Positions 10,664 to 18,552 of a DNA stretch of 32,000 nucleotides are shown here, one piece after another. The DNA comes from Flavobacteriaceae bacterium (GTDB taxonomy: Bacteria > Bacteroidota > Bacteroidia > Flavobacteriales > Flavobacteriaceae). Where the stretch lies: assembly GCA_965224465.1 (NCBI GenBank), contig OZ245049.1, positions 4,260,001 through 4,292,000 of the forward strand, in the 5' to 3' direction. The notes under the pieces were generated by a model, which saw only the letters and a program-made list of their open reading frames with translations, did not search any database and was not told the origin of the DNA. Position numbers and translations under genes: made by a program. How positions within the stretch are numbered: position 1 is the stretch's first letter; every line of letters starts with the position of its first letter.

Positions 10664-11076
10664 GTGTTTGTTTTTTTGAATGACTTTTTTATAACAATCA
10701 TAAGCAAAGGAAAGCTAAATATAGTCTTTTACGTTTTCCTAAGCATTGGTGTATTTGCGTATGGCGCAAGGTAAGGGACAAAGATGTATTTGTTAGTAAG
10801 AGAAAGGAGTATTTTTCATGTCTTAAGAAGGTTCATTGGATGTGAGCTGTATCAAATGGTTGAGTTTTTCTTCTTGATGGCGCTTGTATGGGTGAGATCC
10901 ACAACTAAATACGATTTTAATTCATGTACCGCTATATTTTTTAATTCCACTAGTGGGGTTTAATTCTCCGATGCTTGCAACGAAATTAGTAAGATTTTTT
11001 TCTTTTTCATGCCTCGTGGGCTTGCTCCGAGGTTATTGACTTTTTTTATAAAAAAAACAAAGCAAGATAGAGGCGT

Positions 11077-11238
11077 ATACCAATTACATTTCCATTGACG
11101 GTTAAGAAATGGAATTATTTTTTTTTAGCTAGGCGGGAAATGGAAGGATAGCCTTAGTTAATGTTTTGTTTTTCAACTAGGCTAGCACGGAAAGCAACCT
11201 ATTTATATCCGGGAGGGTAAAACTAAGTGATTGTAAGT
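11077..11238 (+). mobile_element. MITE-like element, diverged copy 3
   Basis: ATACCAATTACATTTCCATTGACGGTTAAGAAATGGAATTATTT...TAGCTAGGCGG...GGATAGCCTTAG...CTATTTATATCC aligns with copies 1, 2 and 4. The 3' TIR is degenerate (GATTGTAAGTTAAC). Confidence 0.6.
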
Positions 11239-11610
11239 TAACTCAATACTTGATTTAAGAGAATGTGAGGTATTTTATAAAAAAAATAATACTACAACAA
11301 TCTAGTACATACTCATGCTGGCGCTCTTTTTGTTTTATATCGCTGTATTTTTTAATTAATTTATTTGGTAAAAAGAAATTAAACTACTAATTTAGTGATA
11401 GATATGGCGATTTAGAATCTTATTCTTCTTTCCAAAATAAACGGTTATATAATATCTATGCTTCGTATTTTCTTTACGAAAGCTTTAAAAATTTCAGTTT
11501 TTTTGTTCGAGAATTTATTCTAAACGCACCATATAAAATCAAAATACTTTTATACTAGTAAAAAGGTGGATTGATTTTAAAAAAGAATTGCTAATTTAAA
11601 TAAAAAATTA

Positions 11611-12171
11611 ATGGGATCATTTAGAGCTCACCTAGAATTAGGTGGTACCAAATTTGATGTGCTTTTTTCAGAGTACACATTCAGTCGTTCAACAGACAAA
11701 AAAGGAAAAGTATCTTCCAATGTAATCGGAGGAAGAGTTACAGTAGAAATTGAATCAACAGAGGATACTTCAGTAATTGAAGCCATGTTAAACAGTCAAT
11801 TTAAATCTGTAGAAGGGAAATTAGTCTACAAAAAAACAGACGAAGATTCTAAAATGAAAGAAGTAGAATTTAAAAATGCCTACTTATACCAACCACATTT
11901 CCAAGTGACGGTTTAGAAATAGAATTATTTTTTGTTCTAGCTAGGCGGAAAATCTAAGGATAGCCTTAGCTATCGTTCTATTTTTTAACAACGATAGAAC
12001 AAAAAATAAACTATTTATATCGGTTATTTTGGATTGTAGTTGGTATTCATACATTTTACCGAAACTTTAGACGTAAACGGAGACATTCCAATGAAAATTA
12101 GATTTACAGTTTCAGCCGAAGAAATTATCATCGGAAATGCATCCATCGATAATCGTTGGCCAAAAGCATAA
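11611..12171 (+). pseudogene. tssD: T6SS-iii tube protein Hcp/TssD, interrupted by a MITE
   Basis: The 5' part is MGSFRAHLELGGTKFDVLFSEYTFSRSTDKKGKVSSNVIGGRVTVEIESTED...KMKEVEFKNAYL. The 3' part, in the same frame at 12046-12171, is FIHFTETLDVNGDIPMKIRFTVSAEEIIIGNASIDNRWPKA*. Joined, they give ~133 aa with the Bacteroidota TssD pattern as recalled, including the N.WP C-terminus. The intervening 161 bp carries many in-frame stops. Confidence 0.8.
11886..12046 (+). mobile_element. MITE-like element, copy 4, inserted in hcp/tssD
   Basis: TIRs ATACCAACCACA / TGTAGTTGGTAT, with a possible AT target duplication. Internal hairpins are retained, and CTATCGTT/AACGATAG is now perfectly paired. Confidence 0.8.
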
Positions 12172-12191
12172 TAGTACCCTAAAAATAGTTA

Positions 12192-12227
12192 AAAAAGGAG
12201 TGAGCAGTTGCTTTACTCCTTTTTTTG
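12192..12227 (+). terminator. rho-independent terminator after hcp
   Basis: AAAAAGGAGTGA-GCAGTTGC-TTACTCCTTTTTTT: a 7-bp stem with one G-U pair, followed by a T-run. Confidence 0.6.
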
Positions 12228-12354
12228 TATTGGGGATTGTTTGATTTTTGAATAAAAACGCACACTTTTCTACAGTATTAAATAACAAAAAACAAGAGGG
12301 ATCCCCATAGTTTTTCTAGCTTTAGTAATAAAAATAATTGCAAAAAAAAGAGAT

Positions 12355-14172
12355 ATGAGTGCACCAAAAACCAGCCTAAGTATAGACGGGAAAACCATTA
12401 CAAGTTTTACTAAAATATACTTAGTTCAAAAAATAAATGACCATCATTTTTTTGAAGTTATTTTAGACAATGATGTGGTAGAAGAAACTGGAGGACATAC
12501 GATAGATAAATCGAAGGGTTGGCTAGGGAAATCATTAATTATAACTTTTGGTACCGTCGATTTCTTAGGTTATATAAGCTCCATAAACCTTGAAAATAAG
12601 GATGGACATAATGGTGATTTAATCATAAAAGGATATTCGCCCACCATACTTTTACAAGGAGGAAAACAATTGTGTTCTTGGCGACAAAACACCTTAGAAG
12701 GTATTGTAAGACAAACCATGGGAGACTTACGAGTACCGTTACTCATAAAACCTACATTTAACGAAGTCATAGAATACCAAGTACAATACAACGAAAATAA
12801 TTATGATTTTTTACAGCGATTGGCAAAACAATACAACGAATGGTTTTATTATAACGGCGTACAATTAATATTTGGGAAACCACCCCAAGAAGAAGCTGTA
12901 GCAATCGAATACGGAAGAGACCTGTCCGAAATACAATTAGAAATAAAAATAAAGGATCACGGACAAACAAAATTTTCTTACAACGCTACCAATAACAGAT
13001 TAATAAGCACTTCGTCCAAGGATCAAGTAGCAGGATTAAACGAACTGGGCTCACATGCCTTTTATACCTCTTTGGAAACCTACAAAAACCCAAAAAATGG
13101 TTTCACCAATATTGAGACTGAAATGAAATCTCAAATAGACGATTTAGTGGCACGTAAACAAGCCACGCTAAGTGCAGGCTTGCATGTAATGAAAGGAAAA
13201 AGCACCAAACAGGGCTTAACCGTAGGAACTGTGATTAAGGTGAGATCTGCCAAGGTAGACGAGGAAACTAGCTTTGACATTAAAAATTATGGGGAGTATA
13301 TGATTACCAATATAAGCCACCATGCTACAGAACGTTCGGAATATTACAACACCTTTGAGGCGATTCCGTCTGGAATTGCAGTACTCGAAGAACCCAAGGT
13401 ATCCTTGCCCAAGGCATCAAACCAACTAGCCACGGTTATGTCTAATGCCGACCCCAGAGAAATGGGACGCGTACAAGTACGTTTTAATTGGCAAATACAC
13501 ACCATGAAAACTTCCTGGATACGTGTAATGACACCCGATGCTGGAAGCAGTAAAAACCATGCAAAAAATAGAGGACATGTTTTTATCCCCGAAGTAAACG
13601 ACCAGGTAATGGTAGGTTTTGAATACAACGATCCCAACCGACCCTTTGTGATGGGGAGTATGTTTCATAGTGAAAATGGCGCAGGAGGAAAACAAGACAA
13701 TAATATAAAATCCATCATTACTAAAAGTGGACATCGTATTGAGTTTAATGATACGCCGAGCAGTGAAAGTATTACCATTACGGATAAAAAAGGCAATCAT
13801 ATAATTATAGATACTAAAAATGAAACAATTAGTATCAATGCATTAAAGGATATTAATATTACTGCGGGAGAAAACATCAACATAAGCGCAGGTAAAAATA
13901 TTGTGGTAAATGCGGGAGAGAATATAGATGAGACGGCTGGACGGAATATATCTGTGGCTGCAGGGAAAGATATGATGTTAAATGCTGCAGGAGAAATGAC
14001 TGAAATTGCTGATAAACGTAAAGATCTAATAGATAAAGATTATAGCCGACAATCCAAAACTTCTGATGAGTATGCAAACCAAATTTCTTTATTTAGTGCG
14101 GCAGAAAACATGACTTTACAAAGTACAAAGACAGTTGTTATTAATAGTGCAGAAAAAAGTAAATTATTTTAA
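12355..14172 (+). CDS. vgrG: T6SS spike protein VgrG/TssI
   Basis: 605 aa. It has a gp27-like N-terminal part and a gp5/gpV OB-fold block (GRVQVRFNWQ...SWIRVMTPDAGS...GHVFIPEVNDQVMVGFEYNDPNRPFVMGSMFH). A C-terminal beta-helix repeat follows (ITAGENINISAGKNIVVNAGENIDETAGRNISVAAGKDM). Confidence 0.9.
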   Translation: MSAPKTSLSIDGKTITSFTKIYLVQKINDHHFFEVILDNDVVEETGGHTIDKSKGWLGKSLIITFGTVDFLGYISSINLENKDGHNGDLIIKGYSPTILLQGGKQLCSWRQNTLEGIVRQTMGDLRVPLLIKPTFNEVIEYQVQYNENNYDFLQRLAKQYNEWFYYNGVQLIFGKPPQEEAVAIEYGRDLSEIQLEIKIKDHGQTKFSYNATNNRLISTSSKDQVAGLNELGSHAFYTSLETYKNPKNGFTNIETEMKSQIDDLVARKQATLSAGLHVMKGKSTKQGLTVGTVIKVRSAKVDEETSFDIKNYGEYMITNISHHATERSEYYNTFEAIPSGIAVLEEPKVSLPKASNQLATVMSNADPREMGRVQVRFNWQIHTMKTSWIRVMTPDAGSSKNHAKNRGHVFIPEVNDQVMVGFEYNDPNRPFVMGSMFHSENGAGGKQDNNIKSIITKSGHRIEFNDTPSSESITITDKKGNHIIIDTKNETISINALKDINITAGENINISAGKNIVVNAGENIDETAGRNISVAAGKDMMLNAAGEMTEIADKRKDLIDKDYSRQSKTSDEYANQISLFSAAENMTLQSTKTVVINSAEKSKLF

Positions 14173-14174
14173 TT

Positions 14175-14351
14175 ATGGCAATAATACGACAAGCAAAAAA
14201 TTATAAGGTTGTTGTTAATAACAACTATCAAGCAGTTATAGGAGGGAAACTGGAGAAATATGCAGATAGTATAACTATTGACGCTATAGATGGTGATTTA
14301 AAATTAGGTAGTAATAAAAAAGTGATAAGTAATGGCGGCTGTGAAAGTTAA
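14175..14351 (+). CDS. 58-aa beta-strand-repeat ORF directly after vgrG; either a separate small gene or a detached N-terminus of the next effector
   Basis: ATG lies 2 nt after the vgrG stop. Sequence MAIIRQAKNYKVVVNNNYQAVIGGKLEKYADSITIDAIDGDLKLGSNKKVISNGGCES resembles the VgrG C-terminal beta-helix periodicity. It overlaps the next ORF by 20 nt in another frame. Below the ORF-track length cutoff. Confidence 0.45.
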   Translation: MAIIRQAKNYKVVVNNNYQAVIGGKLEKYADSITIDAIDGDLKLGSNKKVISNGGCES

Positions 14352-15672
14352 ATTTGGAGAAGTTAAGGTTATAGAAAGAGTTATAATAGGTCCTGTAATT
14401 CCAGCAAAAATAGCTGTACACTTTAGGCCTAAAGATGACTGGAAGGGTGAGTTTGGTTTTGACTGGATGCGTATAGGAGATACAAACTTATTTAACGATG
14501 CAAATTATAAAGCAATCGTTTCTAAACAGTATGAAAAAGGAACAAATACCTTAGAAACAGATGGTAATGTTTATAAAGGTGATTTTAAAAAAGATAAAAC
14601 CCTTTATAACTTATTAAAAAACGACTATAATACTCATACAATACCTTGGAAAACAACAATAAAAAATGGTGTAAAAGTCGCTGAAAATTATTTTGTACCT
14701 TGGTTATCTTTGTATCCTAACGAAGTACCTTGCGATGATAACGGAACACTTTCAACACAAACTATTTACCAAAATACCGAAGCTACTTTAAGTTTAATTA
14801 TTGACATTACAGAGGAAGCCGATTATTTAAAATTCGATACCAACGAACATTTTAAAGAAATCCCCCAAATAAACATTAAAGGAAAAACAGGACTTCTTAA
14901 AACTGAAGAAATAACTATTAGTTGTAAAACAGAATTTACAAGCGACCAAACATTAGTTATACAAGCCTATAAAAAAAATAAAACTACGGGTGAATTAGAA
15001 AGCAATATAGCAGGTAAACTAAAAATTTGGGCAAACGATACTGCTAAACGTAAAAAAACAAAAGTAGTGTTTGTTCAAATAAAGACTCCTGAAATTATTT
15101 TAACGAAAGGTAAAAGAACTGCCGATGCGAGTAAAGAAGAAAAAAGAATCAGCCAATACCTTAACCAAGCTTTAATAGAGTTACACGCTGATTCTGAAAT
15201 AGCAGATTTAGACCTTTCGAGTGTAACAACATTTTTACAATATATAAAAAGCAGAAAAGTGAGTTCTAAAAGTAATATTACAGGAGGCAGTCGTTTAAAA
15301 GATTATTTAAAAGCTCAACTAACCGCTCAATTTGGCACTAAATATGACGGCTTTTTTAAAGCATTTTATTTTGCAGAAGATGGCTATCATTCTAGCGGAG
15401 GTTTGCTAAGTGGTTATTCACAACCTAAAGCTGATTATGTTGTTGTCTTTAAGTCAGCAAACGACCAAACAGCTTCGCATGAGTTTTTACACTCCTTTAA
15501 TTTAGCTCATACGTTTACCAACAAAGTAGCAAGTGCAAACGCAAAATTTACGTATGAATATAAAAAAACAGACAATTTGTTAGATTATTCACATCATATA
15601 GGTAGAAATAATAATAAACGTTGTGGACTTTTTCATTGGCAATGGATACAAGCAAATAATTCTATCACTTAA
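14332..15672 (+). CDS. putative T6SS effector, metzincin-like zinc metallopeptidase
   Basis: 446 aa. HEFLHSFNLAH (15478-15510) matches HExxHxxxxxH spacing, with N where metzincins have G. It sits immediately downstream of vgrG and upstream of an immunity-like gene. Confidence 0.6.
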   Translation: MAAVKVKFGEVKVIERVIIGPVIPAKIAVHFRPKDDWKGEFGFDWMRIGDTNLFNDANYKAIVSKQYEKGTNTLETDGNVYKGDFKKDKTLYNLLKNDYNTHTIPWKTTIKNGVKVAENYFVPWLSLYPNEVPCDDNGTLSTQTIYQNTEATLSLIIDITEEADYLKFDTNEHFKEIPQINIKGKTGLLKTEEITISCKTEFTSDQTLVIQAYKKNKTTGELESNIAGKLKIWANDTAKRKKTKVVFVQIKTPEIILTKGKRTADASKEEKRISQYLNQALIELHADSEIADLDLSSVTTFLQYIKSRKVSSKSNITGGSRLKDYLKAQLTAQFGTKYDGFFKAFYFAEDGYHSSGGLLSGYSQPKADYVVVFKSANDQTASHEFLHSFNLAHTFTNKVASANAKFTYEYKKTDNLLDYSHHIGRNNNKRCGLFHWQWIQANNSIT

Positions 15673-15681
15673 ATTATAATA

Positions 15682-16341
15682 ATGAAACTAATATATTATA
15701 TAGTACTATATACTTTATCATTAAGTTGTATTACACAAAAAACAACAACAATATTAAATAATAACAACATGCAATATCCTGAATATAATATACCTATAAT
15801 AACCAACAAATTTGAAGTTTTTGATATAGAAATTTTCAATAAAGAGGTCAATATAATTAGCAAAAAAAGAGTAATCCAAAATGATTTAATCTACCTAGAA
15901 GAAAATTACCAAAAACCTGGATATATACGCAGAATTTACGAGAATGAGTCTTTTTTTATGATTAGTAAATTCTTTTATGACAATGGTAATATAAAATCAA
16001 AAATTATTTCTTTTAACAATGGTTCTCCATATGGTATTTGGTACGAATTCAACGAAGAAGGTAAACTCATAAAAGAAACGGATTATAATCAACCAAAAAA
16101 CAAAATAGGTTGGCGTTATATATTAAGATACTGTAATAAAAATAACATTCCATTAACAAAAGGCTATAAAGAATTTTCAGGGTTTCAGACAACTATTTAT
16201 TTAGATAAAGATGTAGAAAAAGAACAGGGCATTTGGACAATAACTTGGCAAATAGCAGGCGACAAACTAAAAGAGATAAAATTACACGGATTTTCAGCTC
16301 GTATAATTAGTGAAAAAGAATTAGAATTTATAAACCCTTAA
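15682..16341 (+). CDS. candidate immunity protein with MORN-variant (YwqK-like) repeats and a signal/lipoprotein N-terminus
   Basis: N-terminus is MKLIYYIVLYTLSLSC. Repeats FYDNGNIKSK...NGSPYGIWYEFNEEGKLIKETDYN resemble YwqK-family antitoxin/immunity repeats. There is a 9-nt gap after the effector gene. Confidence 0.55.
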   Translation: MKLIYYIVLYTLSLSCITQKTTTILNNNNMQYPEYNIPIITNKFEVFDIEIFNKEVNIISKKRVIQNDLIYLEENYQKPGYIRRIYENESFFMISKFFYDNGNIKSKIISFNNGSPYGIWYEFNEEGKLIKETDYNQPKNKIGWRYILRYCNKNNIPLTKGYKEFSGFQTTIYLDKDVEKEQGIWTITWQIAGDKLKEIKLHGFSARIISEKELEFINP

Positions 16342-16388
16342 TGAGATAAATATTCATTTTGCAGAGGCTAACTCTAAAAATAAAAACT

Positions 16389-16686
16389 ATGCCACAAAAA
16401 AATAAAAGAAACCGCTCAATTAGAATGCGACAAAGGGACAATCCTTGTTAAATTGGTGGCAACCGAAGAAGATGACAAACCAAATGAAAACATACAACCG
16501 TTAGGTAGCTGTAAATTATAACCAATAGCAAGCGGCTATGCACCTTGCGTACCGCAAACTCAAAAATGGACTAAAACGGCCAAACTCGATGAGATTAACG
16601 AAATGAAAATAGTATTAAAAAATGAAGAGATATATAAAGTATTCCGTTGGGTAGATGAAAAACGAAACAGCCATTTTGGAGTATAG
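16389..16686 (+). pseudogene. decayed DUF4280 (PAAR-like) gene
   Basis: After ATG 16389 the frame shifts in an A-run. The shifted frame reads KETAQLECDKGTILVKLVATEEDDKPNENIQPLGSCKL*PIASGYAPCVPQTQKWT. This parallels GATCECIQGTLPDILKV...FGQCKLQPTPSGYKTCQPNITEWN of the intact DUF4280 gene at 18047. An in-frame TAA is present. Confidence 0.65.
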
Positions 16687-16880
16687 AAAAAAGACTAAAA
16701 AAAGACTTTAATAACAATACGATACTTACTAAATATTATTACAGGAACTATTATAGAAGAAAAGGAAGAAGCGTATATATATGAAGAATACTAAGCTAAA
16801 ATGTAGTTTATGTATACTTAGCACAGTACGATTAGTTAAAACTATTGATTTTATAAAATAACAACTTTAAAGCGTATATT

Positions 16881-18035
16881 TTGACATATTTTTTAAGATA
16901 CAAAGTTACATCGACCGATACAATTGAGTCTATCGCTAAAAAACACCATTTAGATATAGAAGATCTAAAGGAGTATCACAATAATAAATCCTCTATATAT
17001 GATAGGATTTTATTTGGGATCCCCGAGCATGTAAAGGAGATAGTGCTACCTCCTAAAGGTTTTACACTTAATAATGGTAAAGAAGTTTGGGACAAGATAT
17101 ATGGGGATAAACCTGTACACGTAAAGCTTTCTTATAGTGGAAAGTTTTACAATACTAAATTTATAGGCGATCTTGCTTATGCTGTTTTTAAAACCATAGA
17201 GACTGCTAGCAATAAAACAACTATTAAATACCACGTAAGTATTCGTTTTTATGTGAATGATAATAATAAACATTATGTTTCTATAGATGTTACTTCCAGC
17301 ACATATATAAACAATGAAGAGCCAGACCTTATTACCGACGAATTAGCTATTTCTTGTATGAAGTCTTTATATCCTATTGTTTTACAGCTGGATAATGACG
17401 GATTGTTGGTGGAAATACAAAACCATGATGCTATTTTGTCCCGTTGGAAAAAGCAAAAGATAATAAATCTAACATATTATAAAGGAAAGGTGGCCGAAAA
17501 TTATTTTCAACTTTTTGAACAAGCATTAGCTTCAAAAAGCAGCTTACTTCATTTTTTGAAAAAGGATTGGTTTTTTCAAGTCTATTTTAACAAAATATAC
17601 GCAAAGTATACACCTAATTACGATTTAGAGAGTGTGTTAAGTTTTTCCATATTACCAAATACTACTCCTGTGCAATTTACGGTTAGACAAGAAGTTGATA
17701 CGTATTTAAAGAATCAACAAATAAAAATTGAATTAAAAGGACTGTGTTCGGACCCTAGAAGTAGGACAGAATTGGAAAACGGAAATTACTTTCCTGCAAT
17801 GATTCATAAAAACCCGATTCCAGTAGTAGGGAAGTATAGGGCATTGTATTTTTTACATCCAAGGACAAAAAAAATAAAAGCTGCATTTTTAGAATGTAGT
17901 TTAAAACTTGAACAAGAGAAACGGATAAGCATTTCTATATCAGAAATAAAAAACAATGAAAGCAACAGGCATCCGGATGCTATTATAGAACCCAAAGAAA
18001 AGAAAGCTTCTTTTTTTAAAATGTTATTTTCATAA
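16881..18035 (+). CDS. LysM-like N-terminal domain protein of unknown function, possibly an adaptor for module 2
   Basis: 384 aa. The N-terminus YKVTSTDTIESIAKKHHLDIEDLKEYHN fits the LysM consensus (Y.V..GDT...IA......L...N). Only a TTG start is available, because a stop lies at 16854-16856 and there is no upstream ATG. Confidence 0.5.
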   Translation: MTYFLRYKVTSTDTIESIAKKHHLDIEDLKEYHNNKSSIYDRILFGIPEHVKEIVLPPKGFTLNNGKEVWDKIYGDKPVHVKLSYSGKFYNTKFIGDLAYAVFKTIETASNKTTIKYHVSIRFYVNDNNKHYVSIDVTSSTYINNEEPDLITDELAISCMKSLYPIVLQLDNDGLLVEIQNHDAILSRWKKQKIINLTYYKGKVAENYFQLFEQALASKSSLLHFLKKDWFFQVYFNKIYAKYTPNYDLESVLSFSILPNTTPVQFTVRQEVDTYLKNQQIKIELKGLCSDPRSRTELENGNYFPAMIHKNPIPVVGKYRALYFLHPRTKKIKAAFLECSLKLEQEKRISISISEIKNNESNRHPDAIIEPKEKKASFFKMLFS

Positions 18036-18046
18036 AAATAAACATC

Positions 18047-18541
18047 ATGAGCGAAAAACACATTCTTGTGCAAGGTGCAACTTGCGAATGTATCCAAGGT
18101 ACATTACCAGACATATTAAAAGTAGCTTCACATACAAACGAGTATGCCAATGATAAAGAAGGTAGCGAAAAGTTAATAGCAACCACCTTAGAAATAGGGC
18201 AACCTTTCGAGAAAAACACATTTGGACAATGCAAGTTACAGCCAACACCTAGCGGCTATAAAACATGCCAACCCAATATTACCGAATGGAACCGTTTTTA
18301 CGAAGATGTAGTCCTAAAGAATGGAGGAAATATACTTACGGAAGATAGCCAAGCTATTTGTGCCATAGCAGGGGCGCCCTGTATTAAAATAAAGGACCAT
18401 GGGCAAATAACCGAGCCAAGCGAGAAAAACATAGCAAATGCCGACCAAGATGTACAAGCGCAACTAAACCCATTAGTTGATACAAAGGACTTGTTTTTAA
18501 ATAGTAATACGGAAGAAGGAGTAGAAGATAAAGCGAGTTAA
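18047..18541 (+). CDS. DUF4280 PAAR-like spike-tip protein
   Basis: 164 aa. The Cys pattern is VQGATCECIQGTLP...FGQCK...YKTCQP...W...AICAIAGAPCIKI. It lies in T6SS context between the LysM-like gene and the large effector. Confidence 0.7.
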   Translation: MSEKHILVQGATCECIQGTLPDILKVASHTNEYANDKEGSEKLIATTLEIGQPFEKNTFGQCKLQPTPSGYKTCQPNITEWNRFYEDVVLKNGGNILTEDSQAICAIAGAPCIKIKDHGQITEPSEKNIANADQDVQAQLNPLVDTKDLFLNSNTEEGVEDKAS

Positions 18542-18552
18542 AAAATACAATT

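Noticed and set aside
9832-11036. Short GC-rich segments (CCCCGAGGCTCTGCCTCGTGCC, GCCTGAGCGGAGTCGAGGGGG, GCCTCGTGGGCTTGCTCCGAGG) as possible tRNA or ncRNA genes
   Set aside because: No cloverleaf or extended conserved structure could be built by eye. They look like the degenerate short GC-rich repeat remnants common in Bacteroidota intergenic DNA.
14329-14351. Programmed ribosomal frameshift joining the 58-aa ORF to the metallopeptidase
   Set aside because: No slippery heptamer or downstream structure is evident in the 20-nt overlap. Overlapping coupled genes or a simple indel are equally likely. It is kept only as a question in the findings.
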